Positions 55,861-63,246 of a stretch of 64,000 bases of DNA are shown here, piece by piece (the stretch's first letter is position 1; every line of letters starts with the position of its first letter). The stretch spans positions 31,841-95,840 of the forward strand of contig CAVQGA010000012.1 in the NCBI GenBank assembly GCA_963711915.1. Reading direction: 5' to 3'. The stretch is from an uncultured Gemmatimonadales bacterium. Its GTDB lineage: Bacteria > Gemmatimonadota > Gemmatimonadetes > Gemmatimonadales > GWC2-71-9. The translations under genes and the position numbers were made by a program. The notes beneath the pieces were generated by a model. It worked only from the letters and a program-made list of their open reading frames with translations. It was not told the DNA's origin and did not search any database.

Positions 55861-56892
55861 ATGTCGCGCACGTGTACCGTCCCATTGCTGCTGCTCGCGC
55901 TCGCGGGCCCCGCGGCCGCCGTCCAGACGGCGGGCCCGACCGCCTGGACCATCGCGAGCGGCGAGTACACCATCTACGGCCACACCGATTATCTGCCCGT
56001 GCTCACCCTGCTGCCGCGCGTCGTGTACGACACGGCGAGCCGGCTCGACAGCGCGCGCGTGGTCGACAGCGTCGGCCTGACTCGGGCGAGCGCCGCCGCC
56101 GGGCTCGCGGCCGGCCTCACCGGCTGGCCGGCCGGGTCCTACTGCGACGGCGTCGCCTCGGCCACGATGCAGACGCTCGAGCCGCGGCTGCTGCTGGCCA
56201 GGATCCAGCTCGCGGCTCGGTGCGGCGTCCGGCTGGTGCTGGTGGCGCCCCGGCGGCTGCTCACGACCAACGGCCAGCCCCAGGGCGTGTTCTCGGTGGA
56301 CAGTGCCAAGCGGCTCACCGACCGCTACGCGGCGGTGCTGCCGGCGGACACGATCCGGAAGTACCGCGCGACCATCCTCGGGATGAACCTGGCGGACGAC
56401 TACAACTGCACCACCTGCTGGGGCGGGCGGGTCATCACCCAGGCGCAGATCGCCGCGTGGGCGGCGTACGCGCGCACCCGGCTGCCCGGTCTCCCGCTCG
56501 GCGTCCGGAAGACGCCCGACTGGGTCGCGGCGTATCCCGCGCTCGCGCCGGTGCTCGACTACACCTGGGCGCAGTACGACACCGGCCGAGGCGATCCGCA
56601 GGCGTACTACGACGACGCGGCGCGGATCGCGTCGCGGCTCGGGCTGCGCGTGGTCATGGGGATCAACGTCGTCCACTGCTACGGCGCCGACTCGGCCACG
56701 TGCACCGCGGCCGATCTGGTCCGGCTCGGGACGCTGGCGGTGACCCATCCGGCGAGCTGCGCGTTCCTCAACTGGCAGTACGTGGAGGCGACGTGGCAGC
56801 AGCCGGACATCCGGGCGGCGTGGGACGGGTTGCTGGCGCGGGCGAAGGCGCGGCCGGCGCGGGAGTGCCGGCGGGGGGAGAGTGGGGCGTGA
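55861..56892 (+). CDS. secreted hypothetical protein
   Basis: ggagg RBS. Signal peptide MSRTCTVPLLLLALAGPAAA. Several Cys pairs. No family recognised. Confidence 0.5.
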   Translation: MSRTCTVPLLLLALAGPAAAVQTAGPTAWTIASGEYTIYGHTDYLPVLTLLPRVVYDTASRLDSARVVDSVGLTRASAAAGLAAGLTGWPAGSYCDGVASATMQTLEPRLLLARIQLAARCGVRLVLVAPRRLLTTNGQPQGVFSVDSAKRLTDRYAAVLPADTIRKYRATILGMNLADDYNCTTCWGGRVITQAQIAAWAAYARTRLPGLPLGVRKTPDWVAAYPALAPVLDYTWAQYDTGRGDPQAYYDDAARIASRLGLRVVMGINVVHCYGADSATCTAADLVRLGTLAVTHPASCAFLNWQYVEATWQQPDIRAAWDGLLARAKARPARECRRGESGA

Positions 56893-57187
56893 CTGGCGCC
56901 GCGGGCGCCGCGGGCGTGCCGGCGGGTGGGGAGCGGGGCCTGATGGTCCGCGGCCGCCGGCGAGGCCGATGCCGCGTGGCCTCGCGGTGGGCCGACCCTG
57001 GCCAGGCGTGCGGGCATGAGGTGATGCGGTGGGGCGGTCGTCCGTTGCGCTGTTGCCGGCGCAGCGAGCGTCGAGCCCTGGCGGCCAGGTCCCGCCGAGG
57101 CGGCGGCGCCGCAAGGCCACGGACCCTGGATCGCGGCACCGCCGCGACGCGAGGCCGACGATTGGTCTGTCTTCGATCTCTCTGCAT

Positions 57188-58264
57188 ATGAGGCCGTACC
57201 CGCGCGCGATTCGGACACGGGCCGCGCGCCGGGGGCTTTCGACCCCGACGTACGGGGAGGCAGCGTGCGGCGTGTCCTCCCAGATTCCGCCGGCTCCGCC
57301 GCCGGGCGCGCCCCGGCTCCTGAGCCGGCTGCGGTCGGCGCTCCATCTTCGGCACTACAGCATCAGGACCGTCCAGGCCTATACCGGGTGGGTGCGCCGG
57401 TTCATCCGGTTTCACGACCTTCGCCATCCCGCCGAGCTCGCCGAGCCGGAGGTCACGCGGTTTCTCTCGTGGCTGGCGGAGGACGGCCGCGTGAGCGCGG
57501 CGACCCAGACGCAGGCGGCGAGCGGGCTGGTCTTTCTCTATCGCGACGTGCTGGACCGGCCGCTGGGGCGGTTCGAGCACCTGATCCGGGCGAAGCAGCC
57601 GCGCCGGCTGCCGGTGGTGCTCACGCGCGCGGAGGTGTCGAGCGTGCTGGCCGAGCTCAGCGGGCCGCCCCGGCTCGTGTGCGGCCTGCTCTACGGCAGC
57701 GGCCTTCGCCTGCTGGAGGCGCTCCGGCTCCGGGTGAAGGACGTCGACTTCGGGCTGGGCGAGGTGGTGGTGCGGCGGGGCAAGGGGGAGAAGGACCGGG
57801 TGACCGTGCTGCCGCAGGTGGCGAAACCCGGTCTGATCGAACATCTCGCCCGGGTCCAGGCGCGGCACCGACGGGACCTGGCCAGTGGCGCGGGGCGCGT
57901 GCTCCTGCCCGGCGCGCTGGCCCGGAAGCTCCCCGGCGCGGACCGCGCGTGGCCGTGGCAGTGGGTCTTTCCGGCGACGCGGCTGAGCCTGCTCGACGGC
58001 GCGGAATGCCGGGGCCGGCACCATATGCACGAGTCGGTCGTCCAGCGCGCGATGCAGCAGGCGGTGCGGGCCGCCGGGCTCCCGAAGCGCGCCACCTGCC
58101 ACACGCTCAGGCACTCGTTCGCCACCCACCTGCTGGAGGACGGCTACGACATCCGGACGGTGCAGGAGCTGCTCGGGCACCGGGACGTGAGCACGACCAT
58201 GATCTACACGCACGTGCTCAACCGGGGCGGGCTGGCGGTGCGGAGCCCGGCGGATCGGCGGTGA
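57188..58264 (+). CDS. intI: integron integrase (tyrosine recombinase IntI)
   Basis: [24 protein letters not shown]-domain. Catalytic context [28 protein letters not shown] and [14 protein letters not shown]. IntI-specific insertion [20 protein letters not shown]...GRHHMHE. Start ATG 57188 is uncertain. Confidence 0.9.
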   Translation: MRPYPRAIRTRAARRGLSTPTYGEAACGVSSQIPPAPPPGAPRLLSRLRSALHLRHYSIRTVQAYTGWVRRFIRFHDLRHPAELAEPEVTRFLSWLAEDGRVSAATQTQAASGLVFLYRDVLDRPLGRFEHLIRAKQPRRLPVVLTRAEVSSVLAELSGPPRLVCGLLYGSGLRLLEALRLRVKDVDFGLGEVVVRRGKGEKDRVTVLPQVAKPGLIEHLARVQARHRRDLASGAGRVLLPGALARKLPGADRAWPWQWVFPATRLSLLDGAECRGRHHMHESVVQRAMQQAVRAAGLPKRATCHTLRHSFATHLLEDGYDIRTVQELLGHRDVSTTMIYTHVLNRGGLAVRSPADRR

Positions 58265-58648
58265 GGTGGGTGGAGGGGGTGACGCAGGTCGGTCACGGGG
58301 AGGGAATGTCGCGATTCGGGCCCTGCGTGTCGCAAACGAGGCCTGTCGGGGGGTGGGGCGGAGGGTGGAGATTACTGCGGGAGGGGTCTGAGTGGGTGCG
58401 GCGGTAGGGGAAGGGACACGGGTGGTGGCGGCGCGGGCGCGGCGGTGCTATGCGGTCGAACCATGTGAAGCGATATTAGGCTGCAGGGCTCGCAGCGCCA
58501 ATCTGACAGGTCGGCGAAGGACGCGTGTAAGTGGGTTGTCTGCTGGGAGGTGGGCGGTGCGAGGTGGGGGTCGCACTGACAGGGGTGGATTAGGCTGCGA
58601 GGGGGATGGGGTTGTGGGGGTGGGCATGCAATCGAATAAGGGTTAGGC
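58265..58648 (+). other. attI region (G-rich) ending in the GTTAGGC crossover core
   Basis: The core at 58642-58648 is followed 2 nt later by the first cassette ATG. ATTAGGCTGC direct repeats start at 58475 and 58589. A G4-type motif lies at 58601-58624. Confidence 0.55.
58503..58531 (+). promoter_or_regulatory. weak sigma-70-like promoter candidate facing the cassettes
   Basis: CTGACA-17 nt-TGTAAG. This is a match by eye only. Confidence 0.2.
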
Positions 58649-58650
58649 CG

Positions 58651-59130
58651 ATGCACCACCATATGCCCTGGACCGGAGATCTTCTGAAGAATCGACGACG
58701 TCGAACACGTATCCGCTGGGCTGAACGGATAGTTGCAAACTCATGTCGTTTATACCTGACACGACCGCGACAAGCTTACGATGCGGACGAATTGTTGGGC
58801 ATCGCCAAGTCTGTACTTCAGTTGAGCCTCGTATTCCTACTGGACGCCTGGCGGCTCGTCGGGCCGGGCCACCTTCGTGGGGTTTGGCCAGCTGAGGTTG
58901 ATCTCACGGCTGTAGAGGACGACGGATCCGTCGTTAGGGTCTGGGGCAAGGTCGCGTGGAGACGCACGGTCGGCGGAGTTGATCAAGATCGTATCGAAAG
59001 CTTCCGAATGGATTGGCGGCTACCGAGCCGATGCCACGCTACCGGAGACTTCCGAGTCCTGTACTTGTCCTCGGTGTTTCGGATCGCCGCACGGCCTAAC
59101 CCGCTAATGCAGCCGACAAACGCGGGTTAA
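58651..59130 (+). CDS. cassette 1: hypothetical protein (159 aa)
   Basis: The ATG lies 2 nt after the attI core. The ORF ends inside attC1. GC is visibly lower than in the backbone. No family recognised. Confidence 0.5.
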   Translation: MHHHMPWTGDLLKNRRRRTRIRWAERIVANSCRLYLTRPRQAYDADELLGIAKSVLQLSLVFLLDAWRLVGPGHLRGVWPAEVDLTAVEDDGSVVRVWGKVAWRRTVGGVDQDRIESFRMDWRLPSRCHATGDFRVLYLSSVFRIAARPNPLMQPTNAG

Positions 59131-59221
59131 TCATAGGCCCGCTCACATCCGGGCCTCCGCGCGGAGATAAGGACCATAGGTTTTCACAGGTCGTTTGCAG
59201 CTGATTAGCCATTCGTTAGGC
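59094..59221 (+). repeat. attC 1 (class A)
   Basis: GCCTAAC-CCGCTAATGCAGCCGACAAACGCGGG ... CGTTTGCAGCTGATTAGCCATTC-GTTAGGC. Confidence 0.85.
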
Positions 59222-59289
59222 AGACTCGCACGACCTGAGCCGTTGGACGACCACGACCCAGTCTAGTCCTCCGCGACAAGCACAGAAGC

Positions 59290-59454
59290 TCAAGCCTTGT
59301 GAGATGTCTTCGCAAAGAACGGGGTCAGGAGTTGCTCCACGTTCTTGCTCTTACACTTGGGGCAGCCTGGATGTTTGTCGCCATGTTCCGCGAGCGGCTC
59401 GACGCGATCAAACACATGGTGGCAGTCGCGACAACGATATTCGTAGGTAGGCAT
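59290..59454 (-). CDS. cassette 2 (reverse orientation): FmdB-type CxxC...CxxC zinc-ribbon protein (54 aa)
   Basis: MPTYEYRCRDCHHVFDRVEPLAEHGDKHPGCPKCKSKNVEQLL... has the MPxYEYxCxxC hallmark. It is below the ORF-track length cutoff. Confidence 0.75.
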   Translation of the reverse strand: MPTYEYRCRDCHHVFDRVEPLAEHGDKHPGCPKCKSKNVEQLLTPFFAKTSHKA

Positions 59455-59572
59455 TGGGCCCTCCACATCCGACTCCGAGCCAAGGGCTGGCTCCTGCTGG
59501 CCCGGTCGGGCGGCAACAGGTAAGGCCCAAGCTAGCCTGGTGGTCCGCTCGCGTCTATCGCGCCGGCTCGCT

Positions 59573-59700
59573 GCCTAACCCGCTAATGCAGCCGACAAAC
59601 GCGGGCGGCGCGACCCTCCTAGGCTGACGCCGTTCCCAGCGAGGCTGTGGACCATAAGGTTGTAAAGGGTCGTTTGCAGCTGATTAGCCAGTCGTTAGGC
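59573..59700 (+). repeat. attC 2 (class A)
   Basis: Same 33-nt 5' end as attC1, and 3' end CGTTTGCAGCTGATTAGCCAGTC-GTTAGGC. Confidence 0.85.
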
Positions 59701-59994
59701 AACTCTCGACCTTGGTCTCACAACGAGCTTCACATGGGTGCCTGCGTGGCCGAGCATGGCCACCAGGGTGTCCACGCTGAACCGGTCGATCTTGCCGCGG
59801 ACAAGATCACTGATGCGGGGCTGAGTAACCCCAAAAAGGGTGGCCGCCTTGGCTTGGGTAAGCCGGCGGGCCTTGATCACCTTGCTCAGCTCGATCATGA
59901 GGTCGGCGCGCAGCTTCAGGTTCTCGGACTCCTCAGTTGAGAACCCGAGGTCTTGAAACACATTCCCGGTGGAGCGGCGGATCTTGGTGGCCAT
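59695..59994 (-). CDS. higA: cassette 3 (reverse): HigA-like XRE-family HTH antitoxin
   Basis: LTQAKAATLFGVTQPRISDLVRGKIDRFSVDTLVAML. Its TAA stop is formed by the TTA of the attC2 R' core. Confidence 0.8.
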   Translation of the reverse strand: MATKIRRSTGNVFQDLGFSTEESENLKLRADLMIELSKVIKARRLTQAKAATLFGVTQPRISDLVRGKIDRFSVDTLVAMLGHAGTHVKLVVRPRSRVA

Positions 59995-60001
59995 GGTAAG
60001 C

Positions 60002-60336
60002 CTACTTTCTCCGGCGAGAGCGGATCACATCGGCCAAGCGCTTGGTAGCCAGCTTTAGGTCGGCTTGCCGAGTCTGGCGGGTGCGCTTCTCAAAGGCGTG
60101 GAGCACGTAAACAGCTTCCTCGTACTTCGCCACGTAGAAGACTCGGTGTTCCACGCCCGAGTGAATGCGGATTTCGGCCACTCCCGGCCCCACGGAGATG
60201 ATTGGCTTCCAGTCACCGGGGAGAAGCCCTTGTTGAAGGCGCCGCAGCTGATACCCGGCCTCGCGCCGGGCGGCCTCGGGGAAGGCTCTGAGATCCCGAA
60301 GGGAAGCCCGACCCAACGGAGCGGCTTGTCAGCCAT
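60002..60336 (-). pseudogene. higB: cassette 3 (reverse): HigB/Gp49-like (RelE/ParE superfamily) toxin with a 5' frameshift
   Basis: MADKPLRWVG (ATG 60336) is in one frame. SLRDLRAFPEAARREAGYQL...VYVLHAFEKRTRQT continues in the -1 frame (ORF 60002..60316 from TTG). The switch falls in the CCC/GGG run at 60307-60309. Confidence 0.7.
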
Positions 60337-60376
60337 AGGGCAGTATATAAGTAGGTATATATCGCGCGCAAGAGTT

Positions 60377-60516
60377 GCCTAACCCGCGCATGCAGCCGAC
60401 GGGCCGGAAGGGCGCGGGCCTCCGCTCGGCCACAGCGCGTCGTGAGTGCGCTGTGGAACGTAGGTTTGTGCGGGGGCCGGCTTGAGGGCCCGCAGCTGAT
60501 GCGCATGTCGTTAGGC
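60377..60516 (+). repeat. attC 3 (class B)
   Basis: GCCTAAC-CCGCGCATGCAGCCGACGGGCCGG ... CCCGCAGCTGATGCGCATGTC-GTTAGGC. Confidence 0.85.
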
Positions 60517-60539
60517 CGACAGCACCGGAGGAGGTCGCT

Positions 60540-61199
60540 ATGACCGGCGTTGCAGTCGCGCGGCCAAGGGCCCTAGCCGTCTGCGGGGCGGTAGCACCCA
60601 TCGTGTTCACCGTCGCGATGATTGCCGCAAGCCTCCAGCACCCCGCGTACAGTCATGCCAAGAACTTCATCAGCGAGCTGGGAGCTACTGGAGCTCCTGG
60701 TGCGACCGTTATGAACTTTGCCGGCTTTCTCCCTTACGGTATCCTGATGATGGCGTTTGCGGCGGCGGTCCACCGAGGAATCCGAGCGGATGCGGGAGGA
60801 TGGCTCGGCCCGAGCCTTCTCGCCCTCTACGGCCTCGCCTATGTGGGAGTAGCCATGGCACCTTGCGATCCGGGCTGCCAGGCGGCGACCCCATCCGTGC
60901 ATCATCGACTGCACTTGCTGATCGGGGATGTTGTCTTACTGACTGCTGTTCTCGCCCCATTCACGCTTTACGCGCGGATGTTGAGAGACCCGGCTTGGCG
61001 GTCGCTCGGCGTCGCGACACTGGTGTTGCCGGGTGCATCGTGGCTGATTCTGGAGTTGAGCGGGCTGGGAGTCTCCGGCGCTCTCCGGCAACGACTTTGG
61101 CTCCTGCTGCTATTTGTGTGGATAGAACTGGTGGCTATGCGCCTTCTCCGTGTGGGCGCTGAGCCCACCAGACAGCCGGCACCACACGCTGCCGCCTAA
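60540..61199 (+). CDS. cassette 4: DUF998-like polytopic membrane protein
   Basis: ggaggagg RBS. ...HPAYSHAKNFISELGA... is typical of DUF998. The TAA stop lies inside the R'' box of attC4. Confidence 0.65.
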   Translation: MTGVAVARPRALAVCGAVAPIVFTVAMIAASLQHPAYSHAKNFISELGATGAPGATVMNFAGFLPYGILMMAFAAAVHRGIRADAGGWLGPSLLALYGLAYVGVAMAPCDPGCQAATPSVHHRLHLLIGDVVLLTAVLAPFTLYARMLRDPAWRSLGVATLVLPGASWLILELSGLGVSGALRQRLWLLLLFVWIELVAMRLLRVGAEPTRQPAPHAAA

Positions 61200-61323
61200 C
61201 CCGCTAATGCAGCCGACAAACGCGGGCGGATCAACACGCCGCCCGCGTCCGACTCTCCCAGCGACGACAATGGACCGTAGGTTATCTCAGGTGGTTTGCA
61301 GCTGATTAGCATTTTCGTTAGGC
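61194..61323 (+). repeat. attC 4 (class A)
   Basis: GCCTAAC-CCGCTAATGCAGCCGACAAACGCGGG ... GGTTTGCAGCTGATTAGCATTTTC-GTTAGGC. Confidence 0.85.
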
Positions 61324-61378
61324 CGCAGCCATTGAGATCACGCTTGCGCCGGCACGGGCCGAGAGGCAGCTTCCAACT

Positions 61379-61606
61379 ATGACCAATCCGCATCTCGACG
61401 AGCTGCTGCGCCTGCCGCCTTCAGAGCGACTGCAAGCGATTGCCGAGCTGTGGGATAGCCTGGAAAGCCAGGCCGATCTCTTTCCGCTCTCAGATGAGGA
61501 GCGGGCGGAGCTGGACCGACGGGTCGCCGAGGATGAGGCCGATCTCCGACCTGGGGTGTCCTGGCCGGAGCTGCGCCGCCGCCTTGAAGGCGGGCAGGCA
61601 GGCTGA
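61379..61606 (+). CDS. cassette 5: putative addiction-module antitoxin component (TIGR02574-like)
   Basis: LLRLPPSERLQAIAELWDSLES...LSDEERAELDRR. Confidence 0.7.
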   Translation: MTNPHLDELLRLPPSERLQAIAELWDSLESQADLFPLSDEERAELDRRVAEDEADLRPGVSWPELRRRLEGGQAG

Positions 61607-61893
61607 CCCCGGTCATTCGGCCGGCCGCCGCTCGCGACATCACCGAGGCGGACGTCTGGTATCGAGAGCGGAATCCGGGCATCGCTGCCGCGTTTCGGGA
61701 CGCGCTCACCGCGAATCTCGCCATCATTGAACGCAGCCCAACCGCCTTTTCGGTGGTGCATGGGGACGTCCGGCGGTGCCTGCTCGGGCGCTTTCCCTAC
61801 GCGCTTTACTTTCGGCTGCTGCCCAGCGAACTCCGGGTGATTGCCTGCACCCATCTGCGGCGGCACGCCCGACGGTGGCAGCGACGGTGCTGA
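61603..61893 (+). CDS. parE: cassette 5: RelE/ParE-family toxin with no canonical start codon (CTG overlapping the antitoxin stop)
   Basis: (L)TPVIRPAAARDITEADVWYRERNPGIAAAFRDAL...RFPYALYFRLLPSELRVIACTHLRRH. The frame opens at 61588, and there is no ATG, GTG or TTG before 61753. The gene is absent from the ORF track. Confidence 0.65.
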   Translation: MTPVIRPAAARDITEADVWYRERNPGIAAAFRDALTANLAIIERSPTAFSVVHGDVRRCLLGRFPYALYFRLLPSELRVIACTHLRRHARRWQRRC

Positions 61894-61913
61894 GGGGTTC
61901 GCGCGGGGCTGCG

Positions 61914-62052
61914 GTCTAACCCGCGCATGCAGCCGACAGGCCGGAGGGGCGCGGGCTCCGCGCGGGCGCAGCGCTCCTCGAGCGCGCTGTGGAACATTGG
62001 TTGGTGCAGGCGCGGGCCTGAGGGCCTGCCGCTGATTTGCCTTTCGTTAGGC
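61914..62052 (+). repeat. attC 5 (class B)
   Basis: GTCTAAC-CCGCGCATGCAGCCGACAGGCCGG ... CTGCCGCTGATTTGCCTTTC-GTTAGGC. Confidence 0.85.
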
Positions 62053-62130
62053 GGTCCTGTGCTCGTGGAGTGATTGGTTCGGTGAGTCGGGGCTTCAGCG
62101 TCAAATCACATCCTAGTGGAGGGTGACACC

Positions 62131-62565
62131 ATGAATGCCAAGCGGCTCGTGGTTGGAACGCTCGTCGGCGGGGTCGTGCTGTACGTAGTGGGCTACGTCA
62201 TTTTCACTAGGGCCTTCGCGGCCTTCTATGCCGCCAACGCCGGCACGGCGACAGGCGTGGATCGAGGCGGCGAATTGTTCTGGGCGGTAGCGCTAGCGAA
62301 CCTGGCGTATGCCGCCCTCGTCACGTTCGCGATGGGGAATCGAGCTGACTCTTTGTCGATCGTCGAAGGCGCCACGATCGGAGCGATCGTGGGTTTTCTT
62401 CTGTGGGTTACTGCGGACTTCATCTTCTACGGCACCACAAACACCGCGAACTTGACGAGGACGGTCGTGGACCCTCTCCTCGAGATCGTGCACGGCGGCC
62501 TCGGCGGCGCCGCCATCGCGGCGGTGCTGAGGGGAATGCCTGCGTCGGCTCGTAGTCCCGCGTGA
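62131..62565 (+). CDS. cassette 6: hypothetical membrane protein (144 aa, about 4 helices)
   Basis: ggaggg RBS before ATG 62131. Hydrophobic segments LVVGTLVGGVVLYVVGYVIF, FWAVALANLAYAALVTFAM, GAIVGFLLWVTADFIFY and GGLGGAAIAAVL. No family recognised. Confidence 0.55.
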   Translation: MNAKRLVVGTLVGGVVLYVVGYVIFTRAFAAFYAANAGTATGVDRGGELFWAVALANLAYAALVTFAMGNRADSLSIVEGATIGAIVGFLLWVTADFIFYGTTNTANLTRTVVDPLLEIVHGGLGGAAIAAVLRGMPASARSPA

Positions 62566-62570
62566 CGGCC

Positions 62571-62710
62571 GCCTAACCCGCGCATGCAGCCGGCAGGCCG
62601 GTTGGTCGCCAGGCTCCATGCCGGCGGCACACTCCCAGCGCGCGCAGTGGAACGTAAGTTGGTGCGGGCGCCGGCTTGGGGGCCTGCAGCTGATTTGCAA
62701 TCCATTGCAC
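62571..62710 (+). repeat. attC 6 (class B) with a degenerate R' box
   Basis: GCCTAAC-CCGCGCATGCAGCCGGCAGGCCGG ... CTGCAGCTGATTTGCAATCC-ATTGCAC. Every other site has GTTAGGC in that position. Confidence 0.7.
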
Positions 62711-62724
62711 GCGTAGCTTTCATC

Positions 62725-63000
62725 ATGGCCTTCACCTTTGAGTGGGACGTTCGCAAAGCCGTCGGGAACGAACGGAAGCACGGGGTCGCCTTCGATGAGA
62801 CAGCCACTTGCCTTCGCTGATCCCTACGGACTAGTCGTTGACGACCCGCGGCACTCAGTCGGCGAGGTCCGCGTCGCCCTTCTCGGCCATGCCGAATCTG
62901 GTCGTCTCCTTGCGGTCATGTTCACCGAGCGCGGTGACCGCACATCAGCGCTCGGAAAGCGACTCGTCGCGAGCATCGCCAATATGAAGAAGCCCGCTAA
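62725..63000 (+). pseudogene. brnT: cassette 7: BrnT (DUF497) toxin interrupted by two frameshifts
   Basis: MAFTFEWDVRKAVGNERKHGVAFDETAT is in frame 1. AFADPYGLVVDDPRHSVGEVRVALLGHAESGRLLAVMFTERGDR is in frame +1. ISARKATRREHRQYEEAR-stop returns to frame 1. Confidence 0.75.
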
Positions 63001-63246
63001 GCGCTCGACCCGGGTTGGTTCCGACGACATCCTGAGGGAGTATGACTTCCGCAAGGTCGGCGGAACCCGTACGCGGCTCGGATGGCGGCTGGCAGTCACA
63101 TCATCGTCCTGGAGCCCGATGTGGCGGCGGTATTCCCAGATGCCGCGGCCGTCAACGGCGCGTTACGAGCACTCGCGGGCATCATCCGCGAACGCCGGTC
63201 AAAGGCGAGCCGCCCCCGCCGGAGATTCAGCCGCGGTAGCGTCTAA
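62984..63246 (+). pseudogene. brnA: cassette 7: BrnA-like antitoxin interrupted by one frameshift
   Basis: MKKPAKRSTRVGSDDILREYDFRKVGG, then in the -1 frame NPYAARMAAGSHIIVLEPDVAAVFPDAAAVNGALRALAGII... The TAA stop lies inside the R'' box of attC7. Confidence 0.7.

Noticed and set aside
56893-57187. Search for a LexA box (CTGT-N8-ACAG type) upstream of intI
   Set aside because: No such palindrome was seen. The LexA motif of this lineage may differ, so SOS control cannot be assessed.
58372-58662. 96-aa minus-strand ORF inside the attI region
   Set aside because: It is Pro-rich, being the complement of the G-rich tract. It has no RBS and no motif.
59299-59523. 74-aa + strand ORF in cassette 2 (and 59325..59516 on the - strand)
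   Set aside because: No motif is present in either. The 54-aa minus-strand frame (59290-59454) gives an unmistakable FmdB-type MPTYEYRCxxC...CPKC zinc ribbon.
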